Virus record (IMG/VR): IMGVR_UViG_3300005326_000004 | Direction: 5' to 3' (one strand) | Length of the DNA stretch: 64,000 nucleotides | Origin: an uncultured virus (IMG/VR IMGVR_UViG_3300005326_000004) | Lineage: Duplodnaviria > Heunggongvirae > Uroviricota > Caudoviricetes | In this document: positions 31,212 through 41,274 of the stretch, piece by piece | How the letters are laid out: each line of letters starts with the position of its first letter | Numbering within the stretch: position 1 is the stretch's first letter | Translations under genes and position numbers: made by a program | The notes under the pieces: generated by a model | What the model was told of the DNA's origin: nothing | The model's input: only the letters and a program-made list of their open reading frames with translations | The model's database searches: none

Positions 31212-32249
31212 TCAACGCTCCTTTACTTTCCGTGGTACTGTTGAATAAACAGTTTTCCACACATTATATACTTCCTGTTCCAACACGCTTTCCAATTGGT
31301 TCTCCTCAATGAACTCAATGGCTTCTTCCATCGAATTGAACTTTTTATCAGCACCGGGAATAGTAAACCAAGCGCTTTTCTTTGTGGAATCACCACCCGT
31401 ATTATCTTTCAACCATTGGATATTAGTACGGATGTTGTCAATACCATAATCAAAAATCAAAGAGAAATCCCCCGACCTGAACGGAGGGGCTATTTTGTTT
31501 TTCGTGACTTTAAAATGAACTTCAACACCAATGATCTTCTTGTTTTTGTTTTCAATATCCTTTTTCTTTTCCAACAAAACACGGGTAGATGCATAAAATT
31601 TTAATGCTTCACCACCGGAGACGGTGTACTTTGTACCCATCCCGATATTCATACGTGTTTGATCAACGAACAGCAACGCCAAATCACCATGTAATGAACC
31701 AATCAACTTCCGGAATCCCGCGCTCAATTTGATTGGACGGGAAGTTCCGTACGAAGCATCCCCCAAACTTGATTCTACTTCCTTCATCGCTGGGATTGAT
31801 GATAAACTGTCAATACCCAATGCACACGGTTTACCAAGATCACTTGCACGTTCAATGGCTTTTTGGAACGCATAATCGAATAAATATTCAATGGTTATGG
31901 CATCGTATATCTTTGCTACTTCGGGTATTGGCTGATTTTCGTAAAAAAGTGAACGAACATCTACCCCAAACAATCCTGCTCTCCCAAAGTCGAACGTGCC
32001 TTCCTGATCAATCAATTGCGCGAATCCACCAGCACGCTGTGCAGCCCCCAATGGTTCCTGTAAAATTACGGACTTTGCAGAGGATTCCGGTCCATAAATG
32101 TGTGAAATCCTCCCGGCAGCGAAACCCCCTGGCAACCTATCGGCAATTGCCAAATCCAAAATAGTACAGCCCGTGGACAAATACGACTTAACAGGTTGGG
32201 AGTCAATCCCCAGGCCACCAGCAAAAGAATCGGATTCCTGTATTGCCAT
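31212..32249 (-). CDS. recA: RecA/UvsX-like recombinase
   Basis: STGCTILD, GRISHIYGPESSAKS, IDSL, SGGEALKFYASTR and KNKIAPPF motifs. Confidence 0.92.
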   Translation of the reverse strand: MAIQESDSFAGGLGIDSQPVKSYLSTGCTILDLAIADRLPGGFAAGRISHIYGPESSAKSVILQEPLGAAQRAGGFAQLIDQEGTFDFGRAGLFGVDVRSLFYENQPIPEVAKIYDAITIEYLFDYAFQKAIERASDLGKPCALGIDSLSSIPAMKEVESSLGDASYGTSRPIKLSAGFRKLIGSLHGDLALLFVDQTRMNIGMGTKYTVSGGEALKFYASTRVLLEKKKDIENKNKKIIGVEVHFKVTKNKIAPPFRSGDFSLIFDYGIDNIRTNIQWLKDNTGGDSTKKSAWFTIPGADKKFNSMEEAIEFIEENQLESVLEQEVYNVWKTVYSTVPRKVKER

Positions 32250-32251
32250 TG

Positions 32252-32758
32252 TTATCTCCTTTTCAAACTTGTAGCGTATTCTTTCACTGGGGTTTCCCCG
32301 GCATCAATAACTTTGTTCATGATCAAATCCGTAATGTTGTTCAGCATGGAACGTCTGTGTTCAAACGCATTCTTCAATGCTTCCACTTTATCAAGAAGCT
32401 TCTCTGCTTCAAACACACAGTCACCAATGGCTAACAATTCCACATCAGAACAAAGAAGATTATCAAGCGCCCCTTCGGACATTTTGACAATACCCGCTTT
32501 TTTGGGGTCCTTCCGGATGATCAACGATTTCTTACCTTTTTGCTCTTTTTCGTACTGCTTTACTTTTTTGACCAAAAAGTTTGCTCGAGCCCACAAATGG
32601 GAAACGACATAATAATGCTCTGAATGTGTTGCCAACTCACCATTTATATCCGTAATAACAATGCCGATATATTTTTCTTCGTTGGCAATCGTTTCCTTAC
32701 AATCGTTGGCTAAATTTTCCAGCAGCAAATCAATGGTCTCTAATGTTATTTCCGGCAT
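32252..32758 (-). CDS. Putative UvsY-like recombination mediator
   Basis: Helical protein between SSB and RecA; ALKNAFEHRRSML. Confidence 0.45.
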   Translation of the reverse strand: MPEITLETIDLLLENLANDCKETIANEEKYIGIVITDINGELATHSEHYYVVSHLWARANFLVKKVKQYEKEQKGKKSLIIRKDPKKAGIVKMSEGALDNLLCSDVELLAIGDCVFEAEKLLDKVEALKNAFEHRRSMLNNITDLIMNKVIDAGETPVKEYATSLKRR

Positions 32759-32800
32759 TGTAACGTGATTCTCCTACCCAAAAATCGAGGATCATAGGCA

Positions 32801-32820
32801 GGGGGTATGTTCGTACCCCC
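32801..32820. terminator. Hairpin after the SSB gene
   Basis: GGGGGTA-TGTTCG-TACCCCC. Confidence 0.4.
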
Positions 32821-32839
32821 TACCCACATTTAACCGAAA

Positions 32840-33751
32840 TTATTCATCCTGGGGAATAGCCCTTCTCCTGGTACGTACGGTTGTTTTTGCGGTCTCCCGT
32901 GCCTTATCCAGTGCTTCTTCTTCCGTTGTGGCAAACGGAGCTTGATCTTCCCCTGATTCGTTTTCCCCGTCATCTTCAATCGTTTCAAATTGACCATCCT
33001 CCACAACCGGTCTGGAAACACGGGCATTGGGTCCAACCGTCTTGGTTTCATTGCGAACCACGGGTTTACTGTTGGCGGCTGAAATACCGAGTGCTTTCTC
33101 CATTTCAACAGGATCAGGGTGAACGATAACTTCCTCGAATGAAGGAACGGATTCATAATACACATCGGGAATCTTCCGCTGCCAATCCTCCCGCTGGAAA
33201 CCAAGGTACTCCGTGTTGTTCTGTCCCGTACCCTGGCGAGTGAACACCATTGTAAACCCTTCGTTCTTATCGGAAATGTCCAATATCTCCGAAGTACGGG
33301 GGTTTTCGGAAAGACCAATAATCCCCTTCATAATTGCAAAGGGGGCTTCGTACAACATCACCCCTTTCTTTATCGTTTCGGGAGACGCCATATTCAATAC
33401 AAAGAACAAATACCGTGTACCAGGCCAGAACACTTTGGTAACTTCCCGTGGTTCTCCGGAATGCTCCAACTCCAAACGATAATTACAAATCGGGCATTCC
33501 TCACCCCACATACGGGAAGGGCACAAGTAATTACTGCGCTCCGAACCAATGTTGTTATGAACGAATGCTTCCAGGAAGAAATCTCCACCATCGGGCTGAG
33601 GAAGGAACGTCAAAAAGTTTTTCCCGGTTACACATTTGAATTGAGTGATACCCAGGGAATCCAAAACAGAAGTCGGCTGGAGGATGGAGGAAAATGTTCT
33701 CCGCTCACGGATGGCTTGATAACGGTCTTTTAAACTGCGTTTAGTATTCAT
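32840..33751 (-). CDS. Single-stranded DNA-binding protein (gp32-like)
   Basis: FLP, H..., CP...CPIC zinc site, DISD..EG and acidic C-terminus. Confidence 0.75.
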   Translation of the reverse strand: MNTKRSLKDRYQAIRERRTFSSILQPTSVLDSLGITQFKCVTGKNFLTFLPQPDGGDFFLEAFVHNNIGSERSNYLCPSRMWGEECPICNYRLELEHSGEPREVTKVFWPGTRYLFFVLNMASPETIKKGVMLYEAPFAIMKGIIGLSENPRTSEILDISDKNEGFTMVFTRQGTGQNNTEYLGFQREDWQRKIPDVYYESVPSFEEVIVHPDPVEMEKALGISAANSKPVVRNETKTVGPNARVSRPVVEDGQFETIEDDGENESGEDQAPFATTEEEALDKARETAKTTVRTRRRAIPQDE

Positions 33752-34770
33752 TCGTCAATACTCCCTAATTCGTCAATGTTTCCTGGGGCATAATTTTTTG
33801 TAGACAATGTGGACAGACCACTTAAATCACGGCTCATTGATACCCGTGCATGTGCTCCATATAAGTCCAATATAAGTCCGGATTCCCCAGTATCGTAATA
33901 GTTATCACGGAATAAACAAGCAATAGCGTATATATCACCCGCATTTTTGCCGTTTTGCAAAAGAACACTTTTGAAATACCCGAGCATAGCCCTCCGGATT
34001 GCTTCGGGGTCCGTTTGTGGAATCGCTTTGTAAATGGTGCTTATTTCCTTCCAAGAAGCTCCACGAATCAATGCTCTGCATAAATCCAATACATCATTTT
34101 GAAGTTCTTCCCCACATATAACTTCTAATTGGTCCTCCTCTTTTTCCAAATTCAACACCTGTTCCAACAAAACCAATCCCCTACGGGGTGAACCGTTTGC
34201 TGCTTCAATCAACTTATCAAGAACATTATCGGACACGGCCTCCTGATCATGTCCGGATTTGTCAATTGTCGTGGTGAATAAATCCATCATTTCTTGATCA
34301 CGTAAACATTGTACTTGGAAGGAAGTACAACGGTTACGCAACGTTAAAATGATTTTTTCCGGTTCAGTCGTACATAAAATGAAATACGTGGACGGGGGAG
34401 TATCCTCCGTGGATTTCAACAATGTTTCCTGTGACAGTTTGGGTAATTCGTGTGCTTCATCAATCAAAAACACACGGCAAGAACCATCCAATGGAGAATA
34501 CTGTGCATCCGCAACAATTCCCCGAACTGCTTCCACACTCCTATCTTTGGCTGCATCCATTTCCGTAAAATCCAAATCAGAACAGCCAAACCCTTTCGCT
34601 ACAATGCGTGCTAATGTGGTTTTTCCACAACCGGAAGGGCCATAAAACATAATCGCATGAGGGCGCTTGTCCGGTGCTTTCTTCACCATAGCGGAAAGTG
34701 ATTTACACGTTGATTCATTACCGAAAACATCTTTAAACGTTTTCGGCCTCATATCTTGGTATAAACTCAT
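33748..34770 (-). CDS. dnaX: DnaX (gamma/tau)-like clamp-loader ATPase
   Basis: RPKTF, GPSGCGKTT, IDEAH, LLKSTED and FILCTTEP motifs; start at 34770. Confidence 0.88.
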   Translation of the reverse strand: MSLYQDMRPKTFKDVFGNESTCKSLSAMVKKAPDKRPHAIMFYGPSGCGKTTLARIVAKGFGCSDLDFTEMDAAKDRSVEAVRGIVADAQYSPLDGSCRVFLIDEAHELPKLSQETLLKSTEDTPPSTYFILCTTEPEKIILTLRNRCTSFQVQCLRDQEMMDLFTTTIDKSGHDQEAVSDNVLDKLIEAANGSPRRGLVLLEQVLNLEKEEDQLEVICGEELQNDVLDLCRALIRGASWKEISTIYKAIPQTDPEAIRRAMLGYFKSVLLQNGKNAGDIYAIACLFRDNYYDTGESGLILDLYGAHARVSMSRDLSGLSTLSTKNYAPGNIDELGSIDE

Positions 34771-34903
34771 TTTTTCTCCAGCCAAACAGAAAGTAGGTGA
34801 ACACCACCGGCTACAATGGCTAACCCGCAAAGGATCATGATGGTATTACCTATAACGTAAACCGTGTATAGAAGATTCTGAAAATGGACATATAATGCCT
34901 CCA

Positions 34904-37339
34904 TTATGCAACCTCTTTCATATCCAGCCAATTGGGGCCTTCCTGCCACTCAACTTCAAGTTCAGCCCCCTTATAAAAATTCCACCGGTATTTATCCCGT
35001 GAAATATTGTTTATAACTTCCTGTGCGTCCTCCCTTTCGGCTTTTACGGTATCAAGCACCATCGAGTCGTGAATCTGCAAAACCACCCGTGACTTCAACC
35101 CTTCCTTCTCCAACGCTTTGTTGACAAAAACCCGAATAAGTGAGTCCAACAAGCAATGGAACGTAGTTCCCTGTATTGGGGTATTCACCACTTGCATATA
35201 TGTCAACGGTCCACGTCTCCGGAAACCCGTAGGTATTTCAACATACCCATTTTCCAAGTAAAATTTCCATTGATGTTCCTGCCATTTTTTCACACCCGAA
35301 TACATCGTGTAAAACTCTTCTTCAACGGAAACAACATGCTTTTCCGGTAAACCCAATTGTGGAGCACATGACCGAGCGGACGCTCCATAAAACTCCGGGA
35401 ACACAAATTTGTTTTTGGCAAGGAACCGTTGTAATTTGGTTACAGCACTTTCAGGAACCTGGAACAACCGGGAAGCCCAAAACCGATGAGAGTTGAAATG
35501 TTCGTTGATTTGTTGCAATAAATTGCGGTCCTGTGCAAGAATGGCCTGAACCGTAACTTCCGCACCTTTATAGTCCGCTTCCATGAACAAATCGAATTCA
35601 GGGACGAACATCCTCCGGAAATTCTTCATGTATTCATCCCGTTTCGGAGCATTCTGTAAATTCGGGGAATCACACGAAGAACGCAATGTCCTTGCAATAT
35701 GTAAGTTGTATATGGCATGAAGTTTACCATCTTCACCAATATACTTCGGTATTGAATCCAGATACGTATTGGTCAATTTACCCAAACTCTTCTTGATCTG
35801 GATATTTTTTACAAGTTCCCCAATGTAATCTTCTCTTTGTTCGAGAACCTCAAACAATGCATCATTTACCTGGGGCTGCCCCTTGTCCGTTGTACTCAAC
35901 GGTTTCAACTTCAACATATCAAAAAGGAGCCGCTGCATATCCAAATTTGATGAAACATTCGGGACTTCCCCGTAACGTTTCTTGAAACTACCCCATGTAG
36001 CATCTTCCGCAAAGAACGTATTCACTTCCTTGGATTTGTCAGCCACTTCATTCCGAAAACGGTTGTATTCCTCCATATCTATTTTCACACCGTTTTCTTC
36101 CAATTCTGCTAACGCTTTGCTCCCGTCCATAAGGAACTTCATACCATCGGAATAACCCAACTCCTGAATTTCTTCATTATGGATTATCTGAATGTGATAC
36201 GGGAATATGGCATCCAATCCGGAATAATTTACCGCTTGATCGAAATTTTCAACCAATTCCTTTTTAAAGTCATCCTTGTTCACCGTTTGCTTGTATTCTT
36301 CCCCGGTTGTTTCAAACGTCAAGAATTCCAAGCTCTTCTTTTTCCTACGTTCATCAAGGATGTGTTTGGAAATCATTATATCCCAAACCCAGTTAGTAAT
36401 ACCAAAACCGAAAACGGCACGGGTACAGGAATCATCATACTTATGGCAATTGATCGGGTTATTCCGCAAAAACCAAGCAACCGATTTGAAAATATCCTCA
36501 TCTTTCGGGTACAACGGAATAACGTATCCGACTTCACCATCAAAACACACGGACATAAGAAGCAACTCAAACCCTTTGGCATACGGATGTAAACCCGTTG
36601 TCTCATAATCCATACTTACATACGTATCGTATTTTTTATTCAGGATGGACAATGCGAGTTCTTTATCGCAATATATCCGTTTCGTTGTGTCAAGGATGGA
36701 GACCGGGAATTCATAATCCAGATATTTCAAACCCCGCTCAATATCATCAAAGAATACATCCGACATATCCGGATTACGCATTATAAATGCTGGATGGTAG
36801 TTCAAACTTACCCAGGCATTATACCTACGTATCGGGTAAACATCCCCGTGAATCGTTTTGAACCCTTCCGCTTTTCCACTTAACCCTGGAATCTGAATGT
36901 TTTCCGTTTCGATCAATCGCTTGGCTGCTCTTTGTCCGAACGCAAAAATAAGATAAGGATTGAACTCCTGGATTTGACGTTCCAAACGATGATAACAAAA
37001 TTCCACTTTGGTTTCATCAAATTCATTGTTCTTCGGCCTACATTGGAGAACGTTTGTCCGGATACAATCCCTATCCAAATCAACGCCATACAAACCAAAC
37101 GCTTCTTTTAAACGTTCCCCACTTTCACCAATGAACGGGATACCGGTATCATCTTCGTTTGCTCCAGGAGCTTCCCCCACAATCATTATTTTCTTTTTGC
37201 CTTCACCATACGGCTTGATCATGGGGGACTTCACACCTCGAAACATCCCGCAGTATGTACAGGAATTTTCATCCATCGGGTTATGTATAATTATCTTACC
37301 CGCAATTTCATTAGGATCAAAAAAGAAACCGTTTCCCAT
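34904..37339 (-). CDS. polA: Family A DNA polymerase with N-terminal uracil-DNA glycosylase (family 4-like) domain
   Basis: UDG: VGEAPG..ED..G.PF.G, CRP, YHPA. Exonuclease: DYETTGL. Polymerase: PNLQN, ADY...E, R..AK, QIHDS. Confidence 0.92.
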   Translation of the reverse strand: MGNGFFFDPNEIAGKIIIHNPMDENSCTYCGMFRGVKSPMIKPYGEGKKKIMIVGEAPGANEDDTGIPFIGESGERLKEAFGLYGVDLDRDCIRTNVLQCRPKNNEFDETKVEFCYHRLERQIQEFNPYLIFAFGQRAAKRLIETENIQIPGLSGKAEGFKTIHGDVYPIRRYNAWVSLNYHPAFIMRNPDMSDVFFDDIERGLKYLDYEFPVSILDTTKRIYCDKELALSILNKKYDTYVSMDYETTGLHPYAKGFELLLMSVCFDGEVGYVIPLYPKDEDIFKSVAWFLRNNPINCHKYDDSCTRAVFGFGITNWVWDIMISKHILDERRKKKSLEFLTFETTGEEYKQTVNKDDFKKELVENFDQAVNYSGLDAIFPYHIQIIHNEEIQELGYSDGMKFLMDGSKALAELEENGVKIDMEEYNRFRNEVADKSKEVNTFFAEDATWGSFKKRYGEVPNVSSNLDMQRLLFDMLKLKPLSTTDKGQPQVNDALFEVLEQREDYIGELVKNIQIKKSLGKLTNTYLDSIPKYIGEDGKLHAIYNLHIARTLRSSCDSPNLQNAPKRDEYMKNFRRMFVPEFDLFMEADYKGAEVTVQAILAQDRNLLQQINEHFNSHRFWASRLFQVPESAVTKLQRFLAKNKFVFPEFYGASARSCAPQLGLPEKHVVSVEEEFYTMYSGVKKWQEHQWKFYLENGYVEIPTGFRRRGPLTYMQVVNTPIQGTTFHCLLDSLIRVFVNKALEKEGLKSRVVLQIHDSMVLDTVKAEREDAQEVINNISRDKYRWNFYKGAELEVEWQEGPNWLDMKEVA

Positions 37340-38409
37340 TATTTTTCATCCTTGATCGCTATAACCACTTCAAATTTATTGTCTTCGGATTCACTTGCAC
37401 CATACAAAAGCGGGGTTTTCTCCGTGCAAAATGAAAACATATCGCAGGTGTTGAGCATGGCTACAAAGTGATACGGATTGACATTGAAGGGTTTATTGTA
37501 CAACGTATTCCCGAAATTGAAGTACTCCTTGATCTCCGTGGTATCCCCTTCATACGACAACTTCAACGAATCCCCAAACTCAATTGTAACGGATTTCTTT
37601 TCAGATATTTCATCCGAAAAATCCCCGATACGTTTCAAACCCTCCACCAATTCAGAACCGGGGAATTCAACCAACTCCGGTGCTTTCGGGAAAAATTTGT
37701 TGGCTTGAATTTTGAACACCACTTGCATGTTTGCACCAAACACAATAACCTGTTTTCCCGTTTCAGGATCAACGGTATGTATGGCAATCGAGTTTGCTTC
37801 ATCGGAGTAAAACGAATCAATTTCAGGGATACCCCGTAACCCCAAAATGAAATCCCTGGACAGAACCACCTGTCGGGTATCCGGGAATATCTTGGTTTTG
37901 AGTGTCATACGGGAAATCCGTTTACCATCCGTACTCAATACAATTTTGTCACTGAAATAAACACCCGATGAATCGAAATTCTCCACCGCTGAAAACATGC
38001 TGCATTTCCGCAAACCATCCAGGAAACCGGCAGGGGGAACAACGAACTTTTCTTTTTGTTCGTTCACTATGGTATTGATCACCGTGAATTCAGGGAACAT
38101 ACTTTTATCAAGTAAGCTGATGGAAACGGAAGCCCTGCCGGCTTTCAACTTCAAAACGGTATCGGTATTTTCCTCAACATCAACATTTTCCGCTCGAACG
38201 GACTTGACGAACGTATACAATTTCCCAAACGGTATCAACCCTTGTATCTCATTCCCCACACCCGTTACTTTCGTACCAACTGAACGGTTGTATGTAACTG
38301 CCGAATCGTTGGCAAACATAACACACTGCAATGCTGGTACTACGTCCCGTTTATCAACGGTATTTTTTACCGTTTCCAATACGGATAACAATGCTGCTGT
38401 ATTCATCAA
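37339..38409 (-). CDS. dnaN: DNA sliding clamp (beta subunit-like)
   Basis: 356 aa; V.K....P.L, FP, SGVY and STDGKR motifs. Confidence 0.75.
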   Translation of the reverse strand: MMNTAALLSVLETVKNTVDKRDVVPALQCVMFANDSAVTYNRSVGTKVTGVGNEIQGLIPFGKLYTFVKSVRAENVDVEENTDTVLKLKAGRASVSISLLDKSMFPEFTVINTIVNEQKEKFVVPPAGFLDGLRKCSMFSAVENFDSSGVYFSDKIVLSTDGKRISRMTLKTKIFPDTRQVVLSRDFILGLRGIPEIDSFYSDEANSIAIHTVDPETGKQVIVFGANMQVVFKIQANKFFPKAPELVEFPGSELVEGLKRIGDFSDEISEKKSVTIEFGDSLKLSYEGDTTEIKEYFNFGNTLYNKPFNVNPYHFVAMLNTCDMFSFCTEKTPLLYGASESEDNKFEVVIAIKDEK

Positions 38410-39767
38410 TCCCTCTCTGGTATGTACGAATAATTGTAAAAACGACCTATCTCCAAATTCCTACCGATTACGCAGGATACCCCTTGTGCTTTATTCCGGT
38501 TGGCAAAACAACCGATAACTGCCTCGCCTTGTTCCTCCAATTCACGGGGTACAACTACAAAGAAACCTTTGTCCACTGTCCCTATTTTACGTATGTCTTC
38601 CGCTATATGTGTTGCATCAATTTTACCACAATGATATGCTTCTTTTAAACCTTCCCGGTTTATTTGCGACATTGTAATCATTACAAGTTGGCGTTCATCC
38701 GCAATTTGTTTCAGGTATTGGTAAATATCGTTTAAGTTATCCCGTCCTTCCTTATTGGCCTTCAATGGTTTCATCACATCAGCATAGTCATTTATAACAA
38801 CGTCCGGATGAATACCCATAAATGATTCTATTTTGCCAAGGTATGAATTCAATTCCAACGGTGAACAACTACCCATAGGAAATTTCTTAATTATTAACTT
38901 ACCCCCAAATTTTTTCACTTTTTTACGGTTTCTGATCACCAATTCACGATTGTATACGGTATCCCGTAATTCCACTTTTTCGTGTATTCTACCCCTTTCA
39001 TCCATCCAACGTAGGGTTACCTCCGTTGGCTTTTCTTCATTTACCAAACCCCCGAACATCATATCATACCGTAAGCAGACTTCCTCAGCAGAGTTTTCAT
39101 GGGATACATGAACTACGTTCAAACCCTTCATTAAAGATACTTTGGACAAATGATTTCCAAACCAGGATTTTCCACCTTTGTACGGACCAGCAATACAAAT
39201 CAATTCACTTTTGCAAAAACCACCAATACTCCTATCGAGCAACGGGATACCTGTATCGGTTATATAATTGGGCTTATCGCCCCGAAGGGGCAGATCTGAA
39301 TAATCATCTAAAAAATCTTCATACAACGGTGAATCATCAATTCCAGCTTTTAATGCATCTTGCATTAATAAAGTAGCTTTTTCAAATTGTTGCTGTTCCA
39401 CCAACTCAGCAAATTCATATGTTACTTTCATCAGAGATGAACTTTTGATAAAAGAATCCAAACGGGAAATGATATAACTTTTATCAGGACAATTCATATT
39501 ACGTATACCATAAAGGTACCTGGCAATACTCTCCTTTTCATCCGGGGATAAGTTAGCAGTAACTTTTAACATTTCATCATGGAAATGATCCTTTGGAGCT
39601 GTATTAAATTTCTTAAAATATTCAACTCCCGTTTTGAAACACAGTTGCGTAATTTCTGATGAAAACAATTCATACGGTACATGGATACAAAGTTTACAAA
39701 ATTCAGTATCTGTAATTATTAAATATATAATACTGTTTTGTAAATGTTTTGAGAAGTCTTCCATCAT
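38406..39767 (-). CDS. Replicative helicase (DnaB/gp41-like)
   Basis: TGIPLLD, GPYKGGKS, SHEN, DYADV and SQINR motifs. Confidence 0.88.
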   Translation of the reverse strand: MMEDFSKHLQNSIIYLIITDTEFCKLCIHVPYELFSSEITQLCFKTGVEYFKKFNTAPKDHFHDEMLKVTANLSPDEKESIARYLYGIRNMNCPDKSYIISRLDSFIKSSSLMKVTYEFAELVEQQQFEKATLLMQDALKAGIDDSPLYEDFLDDYSDLPLRGDKPNYITDTGIPLLDRSIGGFCKSELICIAGPYKGGKSWFGNHLSKVSLMKGLNVVHVSHENSAEEVCLRYDMMFGGLVNEEKPTEVTLRWMDERGRIHEKVELRDTVYNRELVIRNRKKVKKFGGKLIIKKFPMGSCSPLELNSYLGKIESFMGIHPDVVINDYADVMKPLKANKEGRDNLNDIYQYLKQIADERQLVMITMSQINREGLKEAYHCGKIDATHIAEDIRKIGTVDKGFFVVVPRELEEQGEAVIGCFANRNKAQGVSCVIGRNLEIGRFYNYSYIPERD

Positions 39768-39796
39768 TGATCCCTGTTAGGTTTTCGTTCCAACCA

Positions 39797-40253
39797 CCCC
39801 ATATATATATTATAGGCTAAAACGGGTATGTCCTCCCTAAAATTTTTGAAAGAAAATGAAAATTTTTTAAAATATTTTAATTTTCCCCATTTTCGTATAT
39901 AATGTACCCGTGCATACGTGCGTGTACGCACCCGCGCACGGTAATTTTAATTATATTTTATAATTATATTTTATATTATAATTTATTATTAAATATAATT
40001 TATTTATTACCAGACCCCCAAAGGGGGTCTGGATAAATAATAATTATATATATCCCGCGCACACGCGCACCCCCGCACGTCATACGTGCGTACATTATAT
40101 AGCGAACCCATATAGCACATAGTATATACCTTATAACAGGGTAGCAAAACCGCTATAACAGGGTAGCAAAATTGCTATGAAAAAAAATTCAATTATTTTT
40201 AAAAAAATGCCCGAGGACATACCCGTTTTAGCCTATAATATATATATATGGGG
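39797..40253. repeat. Nested inverted-repeat, AT-rich region (candidate origin or divergent promoter pair)
   Basis: Outer IR 39797-39835 / 40213-40253. Inner IR TATATAATGTAC / GTACATTATATA. Central CCAGACCCCC-AAA-GGGGGTCTGG. An 18-bp direct repeat at 40132 and 40154. Confidence 0.85.
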
Positions 40254-40291
40254 CATGATGATCACAAAAAAATAAAAATCCTTTAAAAAAA

Positions 40292-40332
40292 TGGAACGTA
40301 TTACTATTGGAAACGTGTAATATATATGGGGG
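40292..40332 (+). promoter_or_regulatory. ECF-sigma-like promoter
   Basis: TGGAAC-N16-CGTGTAATATATATGGGGG. Confidence 0.55.
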
Positions 40333-40384
40333 AGGAACAAGATACCCCAATGACAATTACACAATCGTTTGAAAGGACATTACA

Positions 40385-41131
40385 ATGGATGCTACTACTA
40401 ACTCGAATGACTTTGTTGGTCTCGCCAACAAACTGATGGAAACGGGAACGCCCCTGACTGACTTCGTTGGAAAATGGGTTAAGGGTATTGATGGTGAAGG
40501 GAACGTGATCGAAGGCGAAGTGGTTTCCGTCAATGAAACCGAAGGAACCCTCACTTTCCGTGACAAAACCGGAAAGGGTTACACTGCCACTCCGGAGGAT
40601 GTGGAAATCGTTGAAAAGCGTACCAAGAAATCCACCAAGAAAACCGAAGCGAAAGTGAAACCCCCGAAGGAACCGAAGGCCCCGAAGGAGCCGAAAGTGG
40701 CCAAACCGAAGAAAACCATTCAGGAGAAAATGCACGAAAAGTACTTTGACAAGTACATTATCGTGAAAGCCACCAAGGAGGAAGGGCTGGTTATCGGAGC
40801 AACCGAAGATGGAAAACTCGAAGTCGAGTTACCTGATTCCACTGCCGTGTTCGCTCCGGAGGAAGTCCGCATGAAGTCCACTCGGGTTCTCAAACCGAAA
40901 AAGGAGAAACCCCCGAAGGTGGAACGTGAAGTCAATTTCGAGTACCACCGTTCGCTCCTCAATCTGTTCAAAGCCGGGGGAGCCAAGAAAGACATCATGG
41001 CGAAAATGCTGGAAACGCACCCCGAACTCGGACGTGGAACCATCAGCGTTATGCTTTACGAATGTTCCAAATTCGCAGTTGCTGCCGGGATGATCACCAT
41101 GACCCGGAAGGATATTACCCCCGTGGTGTAA
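40385..41131 (+). CDS. Lys/Glu-rich hypothetical protein
   Basis: PKEPK/PK repeats between two small beta-barrel-like segments; first gene of the plus-strand block. Confidence 0.7.
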   Translation: MDATTNSNDFVGLANKLMETGTPLTDFVGKWVKGIDGEGNVIEGEVVSVNETEGTLTFRDKTGKGYTATPEDVEIVEKRTKKSTKKTEAKVKPPKEPKAPKEPKVAKPKKTIQEKMHEKYFDKYIIVKATKEEGLVIGATEDGKLEVELPDSTAVFAPEEVRMKSTRVLKPKKEKPPKVEREVNFEYHRSLLNLFKAGGAKKDIMAKMLETHPELGRGTISVMLYECSKFAVAAGMITMTRKDITPVV

Positions 41132-41274
41132 CCAGCGGGGTAGTGAACCAACCAGAAGGGGGTATCGGATGCCGTTCTACCGTGATTCTTATGCCCAAAA
41201 TTCGATTATCGCCTATTAACCCCTATTCCGATGCCCCCTTACCAAAAACGTTGAAAAAATGGGGAATTCTCATA

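Noticed and set aside
39797..40253. Insertion sequence or MITE defined by the outer inverted repeats
   Set aside because: No transposase or target-site duplication is visible, and the position at the divergence point fits an origin or promoter role better.
41132..41274. Canonical preQ1 riboswitch before queD
   Set aside because: I could not find a preQ1-I-type short stem, loop motif and A-rich tail.
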